Shown piece by piece: positions 26,701 through 39,974 of a stretch of 64,000 nucleotides of DNA. The notes below the pieces were generated by a model that did not search any database, was not told the origin of the DNA, and was given only the letters and a program-made list of their open reading frames with translations. The position numbers and the translations under genes were made by a program. The stretch's first letter is position 1, and each line of letters begins with the position of its first letter. Origin of the DNA: Phoronis australis (taxonomy: Eukaryota > Animalia > Phoronida); NCBI GenBank assembly GCA_002633005.1, contig NMRA01000144.1, positions 716,485-780,484 on the forward strand. Direction: 5' to 3'.

Positions 26701-29700
26701 TGAGTGGGAGGCATATCTTGCTCAAGGGTTCAAACAAGGATGTGCACAAAGATGCAATACATACTTATAGTCTATTAAGGATTTGATTCCAGTATTTGTG
26801 ATAAGATTTTCTGCTGCTGTTAATTTAAGAATCTATAAACCTGCACCAGCCTGATATTTACAAGCTATCATAATGGTGTCAGGAGTGCAGTGATTGATGA
26901 GTGAGTATATAGCTTGCCAGCAAACTTTCACTTGTTTGTGCCAGATTTAGTCAACAGTTTTTGAAAATGTTAGCCACCATTATCCAATTATGGAAATTCT
27001 TAACTTCTCATATTGTAATGTTGACCCCTGCTAACACGTTTTATTTTCAGGGCCCGTAAGGCAGTTATTAAACCTGTTGTGCCTCCGACACCAACTAGCA
27101 GGGCTTCCATATACGGAGATACAAAGGTGGTGCCACCTATAGGATTAAAAGATGTTGGTGTGAAACTTGTTATCTCCTCAGCTGCCATCAAAAGGGTAAT
27201 GTTACTCTGTGTTAGATTAGTAATAGGTTAGTGTTAGATAGCTGTGAAACACTGATTATTTGATTATGACACCAGAGTCTTACATCTGACGTGCTTAAAA
27301 TCACCAATTTGATATCAGAAACACCAAAAAGAAACTCCAGCAGCTGATCAATTGTCAAATTACAACACCCACAAACACTTTCTGATGATATGTTAATTAG
27401 ATGATCTCGAATTAGGAGCATTTATTTGTTGAAACATACTACGTAAAAAAGGGACAATCTATCATAGCTCTAGTCATGCTCCATTATGTTAAGTATGGAC
27501 ATTGGTCAGATATTGCTCTCGTTTTCCCGTGGTTTATGGTATAATAAGGAAGAGCAAGGCTTTGCATTTGTGGTGGTTGTTACAACTTAGTACTTGACCA
27601 TGCTGCAGCTCTTTTCCCATTCCCACGGGACATCAGAGAAGCTCGGATATGGCTCAAGTATGTAAAAGAAACTTGCGTGTTGGTAGACCGTGACATACTG
27701 GTGCTGGGTACTTTAAATTCATACGTGAACCTCATGCCCGTGGAGCTAAGAAACTTTCAATTGAAGTCACTTTTCTTCTATTTTCTCATTTTTAGGATAT
27801 TGAATTCAAATTCTTGATTGTGATATGCAGTGTTATACAGGGACGGTTTAATGATGCTGACCTTGTAGTCATTTGTTAAAACAGTGCAAATGGTGTTTTT
27901 AAGCCCTTGAGTAATAATGATCTCTGCAGCCATATTGCCTTACCTTTAAACCAGGTGTCTGGATCCCTTGTACAACATTTAGTCTACTGTTCCCCAAATT
28001 ATAGTTTTACTAGATGTCTTTGTGAATTTCCTAGGATGAAGCTCTATTAAACTTTGACCTTCGACACTTGCGGCTTACTGTCATGGCCTACTTTGGAACA
28101 GTCCATTTGGACACAAGGGTGTCTAGAACTTGGGCACAGCCCAAAGGTGATGTGATACCAGATAAGGAGGGAAAGAAGATTTACTTTGGGGAGTACACAA
28201 AAGAGAGCTTCACCTTTGACAACATAGATGTCACAAAATATGACTTAGAGCGAGAACTTGGTGGAACCCCATATGCCATTGTCAGGGTGGAATACATGAA
28301 AGGTTGGTTTAAATTTTGTTTCATGGTGTTCATTATCAGAGATACCTTCTGGTACACAGTCAAAATGAATTTTTGCCTTGAATGGAAAAATAAGTCATTT
28401 ACACAGTCTTCTGCACAGTCATTTGGGACACCTTTGGTATTGTCATAGCCTCAAGTTAGACTAGTATGAAAATACAAAGCTGTGCTAATTATAACTTTAG
28501 AACTGTGAATGAAACTGTAATGAAAGAAAGATTCTTTAAATAGTTTTAAGTAGTTACTGCACGGAATGAGTCCATGGCTGAACATTGCCTTGGTAAGTCT
28601 TAGTTTCAGAACCCGCTTATAGAATATCGACGTCACCAGTTTGGATGCAATAGCAACACTGTGACTTGAAAGGTCTTTAGTTTCCTCTCTTGAAATCACA
28701 AGATTAGTGTTTAGAATATAAGCTGAGAAGAGAGTTACGGGTGGGCGGTGCTTAAAGCTGATCTCTTGCTAAGTTGTGTTCCGTCACCAGTGTGGGCATG
28801 GGCATTTTCCTGAATGTTTGGAAATTGCAATTTTCTTTGAGAAATTTTTGTTGCCCCAGAAAATATGGAAAACACCTTAAGTTTATAAAATCAGGAAGTT
28901 GCTGGAAAGAATACTGAAGATATGACTTTTTGGTAGGTATCTCTGCAGTATTGATAGTGGGCCAGGTGAATTTGCTATTGTTTGTCCTTTGATGATAGTT
29001 ATAAACATGGTACTAGAGGTCACTTGCTGTTACTAGATTATTTTTTGATCTGAAGTGAATGACTTGGTTCACAATTTTGGGTAACCTATAACAAAATGTT
29101 TCTTAAATTACACCAACCTTTACCTACACATTAAATTTTCTTTTAGGTAACTCTAGCTTTAATATGGTGGACAAATTTCCTTCAATATGCTTAAATTGCA
29201 ATGCTTGGCTTCATACAATAGTCATCATTTGGTTATATTAAATGACACACCCAAAGACCAAAGTGTATTTTCATTTCTAATACTGTGGTCAATTTTTGGT
29301 TCTTTTCTTCAGGTCGCACTCCAGTGCCACTGGGATGGTCCAAAGTGCCGCTGCACACGCACAAGTCAGAGATGGACACAACAGTTACTCAGTTTGGTTC
29401 TCAGCTGTGGCACGTAGTAGATCAGGTGAACAGTTATGAAATACACCCTGGGGAGCCCCCCGAATCATTGTTGCCCAGGACTGCAAGGATCGCGAGACCC
29501 AATTTAGGTCAGTTGGTGAAAGTTTGCGTTGATGTTTAACTGACTAAATTCAGTTTTACGATATTTTAAAAGGCGATAATTCTAGAAAAGACCAATGTTT
29601 GAAAAAAGATTTCTTCCTCCCTCATCATCTTATTGAACAGTTTGTGACAGCTTCTAAACTTTTGCCAAAAGTTTCGTCCTACACTTTCATTTTTCTTGCA

Positions 29701-32700
29701 ACGCTTTACCAATTTTGCAACAAAGCAAAGTCTGTCATTGATTTTGAAACAGTATATACATTATCTGCCCATGGTGCGTCCATTACTTGATTTTTTACAC
29801 TATCCTTTGGGATATGATGTCAACTTTACGGAAGTAAAATTTACTAAAAAATAACGAAGTGAAATCAGTTCTGGTAATTTCTTGTGAATTGTACGCAAAC
29901 TTGTACAAGAAGAAGAGTTGAAAATTGTCAAGAAAAAGAAATTGATCAATAAGTGAGGGTCTGTTCCATCACGCTGAAAGCCGATGTGCCAAGCTTTTAG
30001 AAACTGTCAGCTCCTCCGAGACCCAGAAACCGCTTCTGACCTGAATAAGGAACAAGTTTGCTTGAGGGAATGCAGGTTTATAGCAGTTTGCATTCTGTTT
30101 AATTGACAGCTTGTCACTTGTAATGATAAGAGTGTCTAAGTGCTAAGCTTGAATAGAAGTACAGGGTGCAGAGGAATATTGTTAAGAAAATCAATAATGA
30201 AAGTTTGGGAAATCTATTATTTTCAGTTCCATCTCCTTAACTCTCATTTTGTTAATAAATTAAAACAGGATACCTTGGTGATGGATCTCTTCTCACTGTG
30301 AGGGTTGTAGAAGTTGACCCTGCTCTCAGGTAAATCAGTCTGTTTATATATTCTGTAGTGTGTCATTGTGTGGTACTTAAGGAGTCATGTATATATTAAT
30401 TCCTGGTCTCTTTTCTCGTACAGTGAGTTCAGTTTGCAGATTCTGTTAGTGTAAAAATTTAATTATATGGTCTCCCAACTTTTATCTACATTTTATGATG
30501 ACAGTTGTGTTCTCAGTGTTCTCAGTGATTTAGTTCTAGTAATGAAAATATTTGAACACCTTCATTGGTGTGACTCCACAAAACTGAATAAGAAAAAATC
30601 ATCTTCCAACAAACCTGTTACTTGGTAATAATTTTACTGTACTCATAATTCATCCCTCATACTTTTCTTTGTTAGGTCAAAAGGTCGCAAAACACCCAAA
30701 CGTGGGATGACTCCTGCTGCTCTCAGTCCTGATTATATCTGGGTTGAGCACAACAAGTCAGCCACTGTGGATGACGCAGTGCCATCGTCCAATGAGCAGC
30801 CATTTGACATCTACATAGATGGTGTCAACTTTTTGCCAGACAATGCCACTATTGTCAAGGTACACTTCACAGATATCTTATGACCTCGCGATGAAGTGGC
30901 TTCGACATAACATTGTTACTTGCAAATGACAATTCACCCTTAGAACTGTTGTCATCTGTACATTGAGTGGAGTACATAACTTACATTAGGGAAGCATTCT
31001 GAGAGTATAATCCCAACTCACGTCTGTTCTCGATCAGTACAGGAAGTAACAAAGCTCTACAAACTTGGGAAGCATTCACGCTGTGTACTATCTTACAAAA
31101 TACAACTAAAAATTGCCCTTTTTTGTGTGGCCCACATGGCAATGTGGTATGGGACATATTTTGGTGTTTCTTACCTTATTCGGATCTTCTTGGATGTCGC
31201 AAATGTAATTTACTTATAAATGGACTAATGCCAAGTCAAGACAGGCCTGTAATTTTGTGAATCCGGTCAACACTAATGTAATGTTTGCCTTACTCAGGTG
31301 ACCGGACGATTGGTGAGAACAGGTCAGGTGACTGAACTGCCAGACATTCTGGCCTATCCAGAGCTGCAGACATCCGGACGTCACCCACGGTTCAAGTATC
31401 GTTTCCATGTAAACACCGACGGCAGACGCATGGACGTACACGCTGTCTTGTTCCTGCGAGTCTACACTGTGGACTACAACTCGAAAGCATTAGTTGTGAT
31501 TGGCAGCTGTCTATCACGAATATTTGACAGAAAGGTGAGTGCTGTCTGTGAGTTGGCTGTCAGGTAAAGAACTGCCTACACGGTGGGTGTTGCTATGCTT
31601 GTCTGAGGAGAACAAAGTATCTCCGTAGCAACCGACTCATTTGACCATTCTGTCAATGCTATATTCCTTGTGTTACTTCCTGTTTCACGACTTTGTTTAC
31701 GTGGTGTCGTAGACTCAAAGCAAATTGATGTCGTTGACTGAAAGTACATGACCTCCTTACATCGACTATACTTATAAATTGAATAACTTTTCAGTATCTA
31801 TTCACTGTTGACAACCAGTTGAAATTTTCCAGGAATGTAGTGTAACATCTTTCACTTGAAAATTAAGTATCACATCAAGACATACTAGTATTGGATATTC
31901 ACCAGTATTTTCATTGTCATGAGATGGTTGCAAAAGTATGACGTCAACTAATTGTGTGAATTAATGTTTTTGTTATCTCAGGGCAAGCTGTTGGTTGGTG
32001 GCCAGCAACTCAAGCTAAAGTTTGGCATGCCCAATCTGTCTAGCGGACTCAACTCGGTCACGGGGACTGAGTTAGACTCATCACCCGCCATTCCGGGTAC
32101 TTCAATCCTTTTCAGACTTCTGCCTCACTTCATTGTAAGTTGTCTCAGTGGTTCATTGGTTGTTTAGCACATTTCAATGCTGTAATTACTATCATTGCTG
32201 TTATGATTATTATTACTGTCTGTCATTATTATTATTATTATTGCGGATAATTTAGGTGCAGAAACACTGAAACACCATTAAGCCTATTAAAAAGTAATCC
32301 TGCGAACTATCATTGTTATCATGGTTATTATTACTACTGTTGTTGTTATAAATATTCTCATTATTTTTATCATCCTTACTATTATTAGCCCTTTATTATA
32401 CCTTCATGGATGGCCTCAGGTAACTCCTTCATTTTACCTTCATGGAGGGCTTTAAGTGGCCTTGGATAACCCTTTCACTTAACTTAATGGGAGGTTACAT
32501 GTGGCATGGGGTAAACTTTTCACTTTACGTTCATAGAAGACTATTGGTGGCCATGAGTTACCCATTTACGTTTCCTTCAGGACTATGTGAAAGCTCCAGA
32601 CTACAGCAGTGGATATTACAAGTCAGTGACGTCCAAACCCAGCCCTTCAGAGAAACGCTCTATGGAGGTGTTCAACAGTGACCCACTGTTTCCTCTCACT

Positions 32701-35700
32701 GTTGATGACATGATAGATGACTTGAAACGAGAGGAAAACGACGAGTCAGGTGAGCTGTTAACTACAGGTGACGTGTCTTGTTCAGTGGCCAGTTCTGTGA
32801 TTCATTACTTTGTATGCATGCCTTGACATGATAGAAGTAAGTCTTATCAGTATATGAAAAAGCTAGCAGCCTTGTGATTACCCCATGAACTATTTGACTT
32901 GGGATGATACTCTAGAAAAGAAACTATTCATACGCAACCTCATTTCATGTTTTTTTAATATGTTACAAAAACTGAAACAGAAGCAGTACAACTGCCATCA
33001 GCCATGTCTCCAAGCCTCAAGATGGCTCTGATCGGTATAGCCATTTTGAGGCTTGGTTATGGGAAATACCTTCTGCGCAATGATTAGCTGCTGCCCTAAC
33101 GTCATTAAAACAAAGGCAGACTTTAAGTATTATTTTCACAGGCATTGCAGCTGCCATTCATGAAGCAGAAGGCATTGTTTTGGTTATTGTTTGAAATAAA
33201 GGTTGTTGGTGTAATTATTTTCAATTCTTTTTTATTAATAGTACCATAAAAATTAATCAGTTTTCGAATAATAATACATAATTTTTCCAATAATTTAGAC
33301 CTAAATTGCTGCAATATACCATTAGTTACCATACTTATATTATACTGCAGAAAAATTCAGTGTTGATATAACTTTATATTACTCGTGATATTCTGGTGTT
33401 TTCTGTAAAAATGTGTCAAAATTCTGGCACATTTCACTTCCCATAACCAAGCCTCAAATGGCTAAGTCGATTAGTGCCATCTTGAGGCTTGGGGACGAGG
33501 CTGAACTGCCTCAGCGCCCTCTCTTATTCTGCGGTATTTACCCACAATGCTGTGCATCAGTAGGGCACTCATCCCAATCGTGCTATTTTACATCGAAATT
33601 GGTCCACTATTCGTCTTTCTAATGCCAATATTTTTCTGTGTTACAGTGGGTTGCAAAGCAGACATAAAAAATTCAGATTTGATAAATTGTTTTTCAGTTG
33701 CCCAAGTCAGTTAAAATTGTGTTAGATGCTCTACCTTTTAAAAGATAGGTTAAGAATACAATGTGTTTTTCTACCTCTGCAAAAAGGAGAGTTGAATTCG
33801 GTAAGAGGGTATTAAATGAAATTTTGTTTGGTTACTACTTTCTATATGTAGGACCATATGATCAGATATATGAGTCCTTAGCTAACCAGAAGCTAGGCGT
33901 ATCACCAAGCATGTGTGAACACAATTTTCTGAGGGTGCAAATCATGACCTGTTACTGTCTTATTTTCTTTTGTTGCATACAATGTAGCTACTAAGTATTG
34001 TAACAGCACTTGTTACTGTGAGAGTTCCAACAGGCAAAATGTGGGCATGGAATTTATTTGGCTAATTTTTGCACTAGAATCGAGTACTAATTTAACAGTT
34101 GACTATCTCATTTCCAGTCACTGAACCCCTGGCCTGGATGGCAGACAGACTCAAAAACAGTACCCACCTGCCGGCTAACACACCTGCAGGTAACTTACCT
34201 TGGTTCCAGACACTGAGGTACCGAGAAGATGTGGGACTAAAGGTGAAGATAGAAAGAGCGTATGGTATCCCAGGTGAGCTACTGAGTGTAGTGCATAGCA
34301 TTCCATAACTTCAAGGCATTTTGAGTGTTTATCAACTAACGAAATGCAAAGCAATTCATAGTGAGTGTTTCAGTTGTAAATGTTTTGATTGTTGTTTCTG
34401 CTTGTGTGGTGTATCTGTTTCAACAAAGTTTCTTAGAAAATTGTGAAATCAAAGGAATGGTGTTTTGTACAAATATGGACTGTATGCGCAAGGCACTCAA
34501 CTTTGAGCACTTTTGCTTGAATGGCTAGGTTACAAATTACAGCAAAAAACTCTCGGTAACTTAACTCAGAGTAATGTTGTTCTAAACCCACCTTTGTCAA
34601 AAAACAAGTTTTTATTTGTACTACTTACAGTTATGAAAGTAACCTCAACATGTTCCAAATTCAAATTAGGTCTGTTCTGTTGGCTGGGATACAACTGACC
34701 GTTTATTGCTCATCAAGTTGACTTGTCAGGGTGGGTCGTTGTATGAGTCATACATGGTCTCTATAGCAACAACAAAATATCAGTTCTCTGCAAGCCCAGA
34801 AACCACTTCTCATCTGAGTAAGGAACAAGTTGTCATCTGTTCACAGAAGTAACGGGTCTGAATGAAGAATTGTTTCTTTGACATGGTTTCATAGCTGCTT
34901 TAAAGATTGTTTTCCATAGAATAGTTGCACGTATACCACAGCCATACAGTGCTACAGCTGTGTTGATTATAAACAGCGAAACGTGTTGAGCAGTTTTCAG
35001 ACATTACATGCAGTGTTAAATTGTTTTGTCTTGCAGAGGGTCTCTACTTGAACTGTGTAGGCAGAGTGTCTGTAGGGATTGATTCATCAGAGTATGTTGA
35101 TCAGGCTAGTCTCAACCACATCACCACCCATAGCCATGACTATGATTGTCTACAGAAGTCACCAAAGTGGCTTGATTCTCCTCAGGTTGGTGAATGTGCA
35201 AAATGGCTGAAACAATAAAACTGAGTTGCTATCTGTTACGTACACTATTGCAATGAATTGGACAATGTTTTGAAGAGGCGGTAGACTAGTGTTTTTGTTA
35301 TACATTTCATTTTGAGGTCATGGGTGATGTTACCCCTCATTGTAGCATTTCACTTCTGTATCTGTGTCTCCAAAGCCCCTTGATAATTTTGAAATTTGGA
35401 GATATGTTCCTATCGTGGATGGGATAGCATGAGGAAATTTTCGAATGGATCCGAACTCCAAATAACCCCTTGCAGGAACGTTGTTAACTTTGGCTATTGC
35501 ATTTTTATGTAAGTTACTACGGATGACGATGACTTTCAGACGGATTGGACTATTTCTGTACCCCCTGTCAGTAATTTTATTTTTTTATGTTTTCCTCTGT
35601 ATCTTTGTTGTTCCTTGATAGATTTTCATGATGTATGGCAAATAGGTTTCTATTAAAGAGGCGGTGACACCTTTCCATTTTCGGATAGATTTGACATACT

Positions 35701-38700
35701 GTACACCACCTAATCGCAATTCTTATTATTTTATAGTATACTATTGTCTCTCAATTGGCCAAACCACTCTAAGAATCATTATGAAAATTGGAATATGTGT
35801 TCCTACAGGGAAATGTATGGCTGACAATTACTTTCGAATGGGTCCGACTGCTGCAGCGCCTCTTTTGCTTCTGCGGCTGCATATCCGAAACCTCTTGCAC
35901 AATCTTTGACTGGTGTATTTCTAGATTAACGTAACAATAGGATGAGGACGACGTTTTGCTCCTCATCCTCAGAGATCCTTTTGTGGTATTTTCATGAAAC
36001 ATGACAAATAGGTTCCTATTAAAGAGACGATATAGCACCTTCCTCTTTTTGTCTGGATTCCATGTACTGTATGCCTTTTAGTGGCCATTTAATCACTAAG
36101 GATCATTAGGAAAATTGGCATGTGCTCCTACTGGGATATGTATGGCTGATGATGACTTTCAAACGGGTTCAACTGCAGTGGCTCAATTTTATATTTTTAC
36201 TGTGGCTCAATACAAGTTTGGTGATGGAACTCCATGAAATATGGCATGTATTTCTGTTGAGGATATGGATCTTGGGAAAGATCCGACTACTGCTTCAAGA
36301 ATCCTTATGAAAGGTGGTTTGTTTCCTGTTGAAGAGAGCATTATTTTCTGACTTGATTTGCACCCCCTAGATACTACGAGTTTACTAGTGTTGCTTCATT
36401 ATGTGGGAATGTTTAAAACAATGATCATTTCTTGTATCTGCACTGTAGAGTTACAGAAGGTAGATGCTCTTGTTGCTTTTGTTAGAAATGATGTTATTTT
36501 GTGGCAATAGCTTTTTGGTGCGTGTGTAGATAACTGTCTTAGTTTATCTTTCCAGAATGTATTGGCAACTTTTGACCTAAACAGTTACACTTTGTACTTT
36601 CCTTTCTAGACCGTGTCCCCAGCTTATGACCTCAACACAGTCATTGTGTTCACCCTGTATTCACTGGATGCCAAGTATATTCCATCTAAGAAACATGATG
36701 TGAAAGGAACCCTTGAATCTAAGGCTAACAAAACATTCCAAAAGTTTCCCGTTTCCTTGACAACAGTGGGATGGACAGTGGTTCCAATATTTGACAGGTA
36801 ACGAAAACTTTACGTCAGTTTATGTGCAAAATAATTATTGTCCTGCAGTTGTTTTTGTCCTGTATGTTCTTTTATCTATTGTGTATCTTTTTGGGGGATT
36901 AATAGCTGGTTCTCAATGTGGCTGTTACTTTCATGAGCTAGGAATGAACTATACTCTAAGTATTATGTATAATTGTGTTGTTGAGTCGGCCCTTTGAAAT
37001 AGTGTAGGTAAGAATTATTAGTCTTCTTACATGTCATATGTTGGTCACATGTGACCTATAGTTGAGTCTGAAAAGATCTCTGTCCTGACCGGTACTTGAA
37101 CCTGGCACTTTCTGCAGATGCTCTAGTCCAATGAGCAATCTGATGATTGGTTGATTAAAGAAATCCAATCAGACTTATTGTAGGCATATTGCCCGGACTA
37201 TAAGTATAGGTCATGTGATGTGACCAACGTGGCGTGTAAGAAGATTAATAATTCTTACCTAGTAATGTATTGTTTTATCCGTTGAATTAAACACCGCTTG
37301 CTTCTAGTACTATAGCCATGGTTTCCTATCTCATTGAATTTATACCTTCCAAACAAGACACAAGAGTTTACATTGGTACTAAACTTGCTGATCATTTGTT
37401 CTCAGCAATGCCGTATATGCCGGTGAGCATCACCTGCCCATATTTAAAGGTGAACCCAACGAGAATTTGTTGAAAGAAATGATGCAAGATGATGTGGAAG
37501 AGGTTATTGGTCGGCAAGAGTGGACCAATAACAACACAATTGTAAGTGTACTAATTGACTTCCAGTTCTTGTATTGTGTTACTATATTACAAGTTCGCCT
37601 TTTAGTTGGTAAAATAAGAATTTGATAAATATCACATTCATTTTTTATCAGTTGCTTAAGCTGTGCTCTGAAGGGCTTTAGGTAAAAACCAATAAATTTT
37701 CTAAAAGTGATCTCTAATTCAAATTAAAGCTTTATAAAGCAATGAGAATTGTGTTGTCTTTACTTATAGCAGAATAATATATTTCATAAATTTGTGAAAT
37801 TTTTGTTGACCAGTTGGCTATAAATGTCTCGAGTGTTTGTGTATCCAAATTTATGACTACATCAATTGCAATAAAAAGAACACAATTAAAAGCGTAGTTG
37901 TGATTGTCATGTTGCTTGTTCTGTGACAGGAGGCTGGTGGACTTGTGGTGAAGTTGTGGGACAGTCTTTATGATGAAGCAGATCTGCCACCTCTTGATGT
38001 AAGCAGTGTAATCTTACTCTCACAAAAGGAACAAAAATACAAACATAAATATTCTCCTAAAGGAACTCAGTTTATTAAAAAAATAATTTGTTTATTCTTA
38101 TCAAAATGTCATTGGGAAAGTTTTTGGAGAACTTAAAAGTGAATTAATGACAGTGGGTTTACCACTTAGTTTGATACAACACTATTTACTGTAGACCTAC
38201 TTGTCACTAGGAAGAGTTTTTTGTGATCTTGGATTCATAGTGACACTATATCACAAAACAGCGGCCATTTTTGCATAGACTTATGATGATTTTGCGTAAA
38301 CGGCTACCGTTGAGTCGACCATTCCACAATTATTAATTCGATGTTAAGATGATTGAGCATATATCTGAACACTTGTGAAATCTCTTTCACTCCCCCTACC
38401 TCACCCTCTCGGTTTTCTTCCCTCAATCATGTTTCATCATTTATTTACAACACTGTACAGTTCACATATATTTGAGAAACGTTTAATGCCCAGATGTTTA
38501 AGAGACAGCTCTAGATGTCTGAAATATGACTCTCTTCGCGTGGTGGCCAGCCCCCCCCCCTCCCACATTACTGCTGGTCTGCCATTTTGTTTGTGAACTG
38601 TGCTGTACAAAGATTTGAAAATACATCCCTTCATGCTCGTATCAAACTTGGGTTTTCTTTCTTTAGCTACGCGATGAACTGATGACCTTGGTCGGTGATG

Positions 38701-39974
38701 TCACTGCCTATGAGGAGGCAGAGAATGACACTTCAGGTCATGCGATGACACAGCTTATTGTCGACTCTTTAGAGAAGAAGGCCCAAAAAGACGGCACTAG
38801 TGGTGAAGTTTACTCCAAAGAGAGACTGTTCTATGAGCAGGTCATGAGTGAAACATATGCTCAGTTGTTGGTATGTTCTTAATTTTTTTGGTAATTATTT
38901 ATCTGGCATACAATTAAAGTGGTTATAAACCTCAGTTTCACAAAAAATGACAGTTTTAATGTAGTTCACTTACTGTAGTTACGAATCTGGTATTCATTAA
39001 CTTGTTCCTTACTCAGGTTAGAGATAATTCCTTGTCTTGGAAGATTTGACAATTCGTTATTGCTTGAGATCAGGTTCAATGAGATGGCTTGTCATGGCGA
39101 GTTATTTTGTATGCTAAGCATGGTCTCAGCACTACTGAACTGTCAGTACTTTCCTACCCAGCTAACCAGTTCTCATCTGCGTAAGGAACAAGACCAAAGT
39201 TATAAAAAGTGGTGTTATAGAAAGTGGTCTAATTAAAAAATTAATTAATTAGGTGGTTGAAGTGAGTTAATAGCAGATTATAAAGTTCATAAATGTTTTT
39301 GAGTACTAGACAACAAATAGCAATTTTTGTCATCACTTCTGTTTTATGTACCAACTTTTCATGTTATCATTTTATAAAATTAATAGCATTCACTGTTAGT
39401 TGTCCAGGTTAATGCCCATGTTTAGTTTAACATCCAAGCCATCCGCAGTTTATAGGTTCACGATTTCCTTGAAAGCGCCAGTGCCTTTGTGAAAGTCCAT
39501 CTCACGAAGTTTAGGTCCCAAAAGGTTGGAAACTCTTTGAGTAACGATCAGTCCAAAGATCCATGGCACGTTTTTTGAGTGGGAAAATAGCCATACTCTA
39601 CTGTTTGTTTTCTTTGACTCTTACACGAGACTTCATTGCGGATGTAACTCCATGGATCTTTGTCTGAATCAATTGTTTGGGTGAATGCCCACCCCGATTC
39701 TTCAAAACTTTATTTTTAATCCTCCATACTCAACTTAATGCCCACTCCCTGATTTTTGGGTTCCCTGGGCAGTAACCCGGCTGATTATGGTAAGATCCAT
39801 TGTGAATTGTAATTGTATAGCAGTCTGTCTTGTTTGTGCACTAAATGATTACTAATTAATGATGTCAGCGCAAAAGAGGGTTCTGCTTTAATTTTTAATT
39901 TGGTTCTGCATTTATTTGCAATTTAGATACTTTGTTCACTTTTTCAGGAAGAGAAATTGGCAGCTGACAAGTAA
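17729..39974 (+). CDS. Large uncharacterised multi-exon protein (~1,340 aa): divergent TBC/Rab-GAP-like domain plus several C2-like domains
   Basis: About 27 exons: 17729-17839, 18555-18701, 19681-~19795, ~20104-20203, 20491-20590, 21527-21743, 22529-22652, 23338-23515, 23725/23731-23909, 24691-24834, 25368-25529, 26584-26699, 27051-27195, 28035-28302, 29313-29507, 30269-30329, 30676-30859, 31298-31534, 31982-32134, 32581-32749, 34118-34273, 35037-35185, 36610-36797, 37406-37541, 37930-37998, 38667-38870, 39948-39974 (TAA). Phases chain correctly except for one ambiguous junction (exon 3/4). TBC-like motifs: LPGTLRRYIW, KWVGEGFVTVL...LFLWDQVF. C2-like motifs: LGWSKVPL, FDIYIDGVNFLPDNATIVKV, VGWTVVPIFD...AGEHHLPIFKGEP. 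Confidence 0.85.
33000..33502. mobile_element. MITE with ~65-bp self-complementary TIRs
   Basis: Left arm ccaagcctcaagatggc...gccattttgaggcttggttatgggaa is mirrored by right arm ttcccataaccaagcctcaaatggc...gccatcttgaggcttgg. Confidence 0.75.
35380..36390 (+). repeat. Internally repetitive element (possibly Helitron/Helentron-derived)
   Basis: Recurrent sub-units atggctgatgatgactttcaaacggg, attttcatga...aaataggtt.ctattaaagag and gaaaattgg...atgtg.tccta. Ends near CTAGT at ~36385. The superfamily call is tentative. Confidence 0.45.
37007..37259. mobile_element. TA-flanked (Tc1/mariner-type) MITE containing a tRNA-like segment
   Basis: ~55-bp TIR GGTAAGAATTATTAGTCTTCTTACA ... TGTAAGAAGATTAATAATTCTTACC with TA on both sides. 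The minus strand of 37081-37140 has A-box-like GCTCATTGGACTAGAGCA and B-box-like GGTTCAAGTACC. Confidence 0.75.

Noticed and set aside
39420-39740. Possible minus-strand LINE 3' remnant (SNLLGPKL)
   Set aside because: Too decayed to support by eye.
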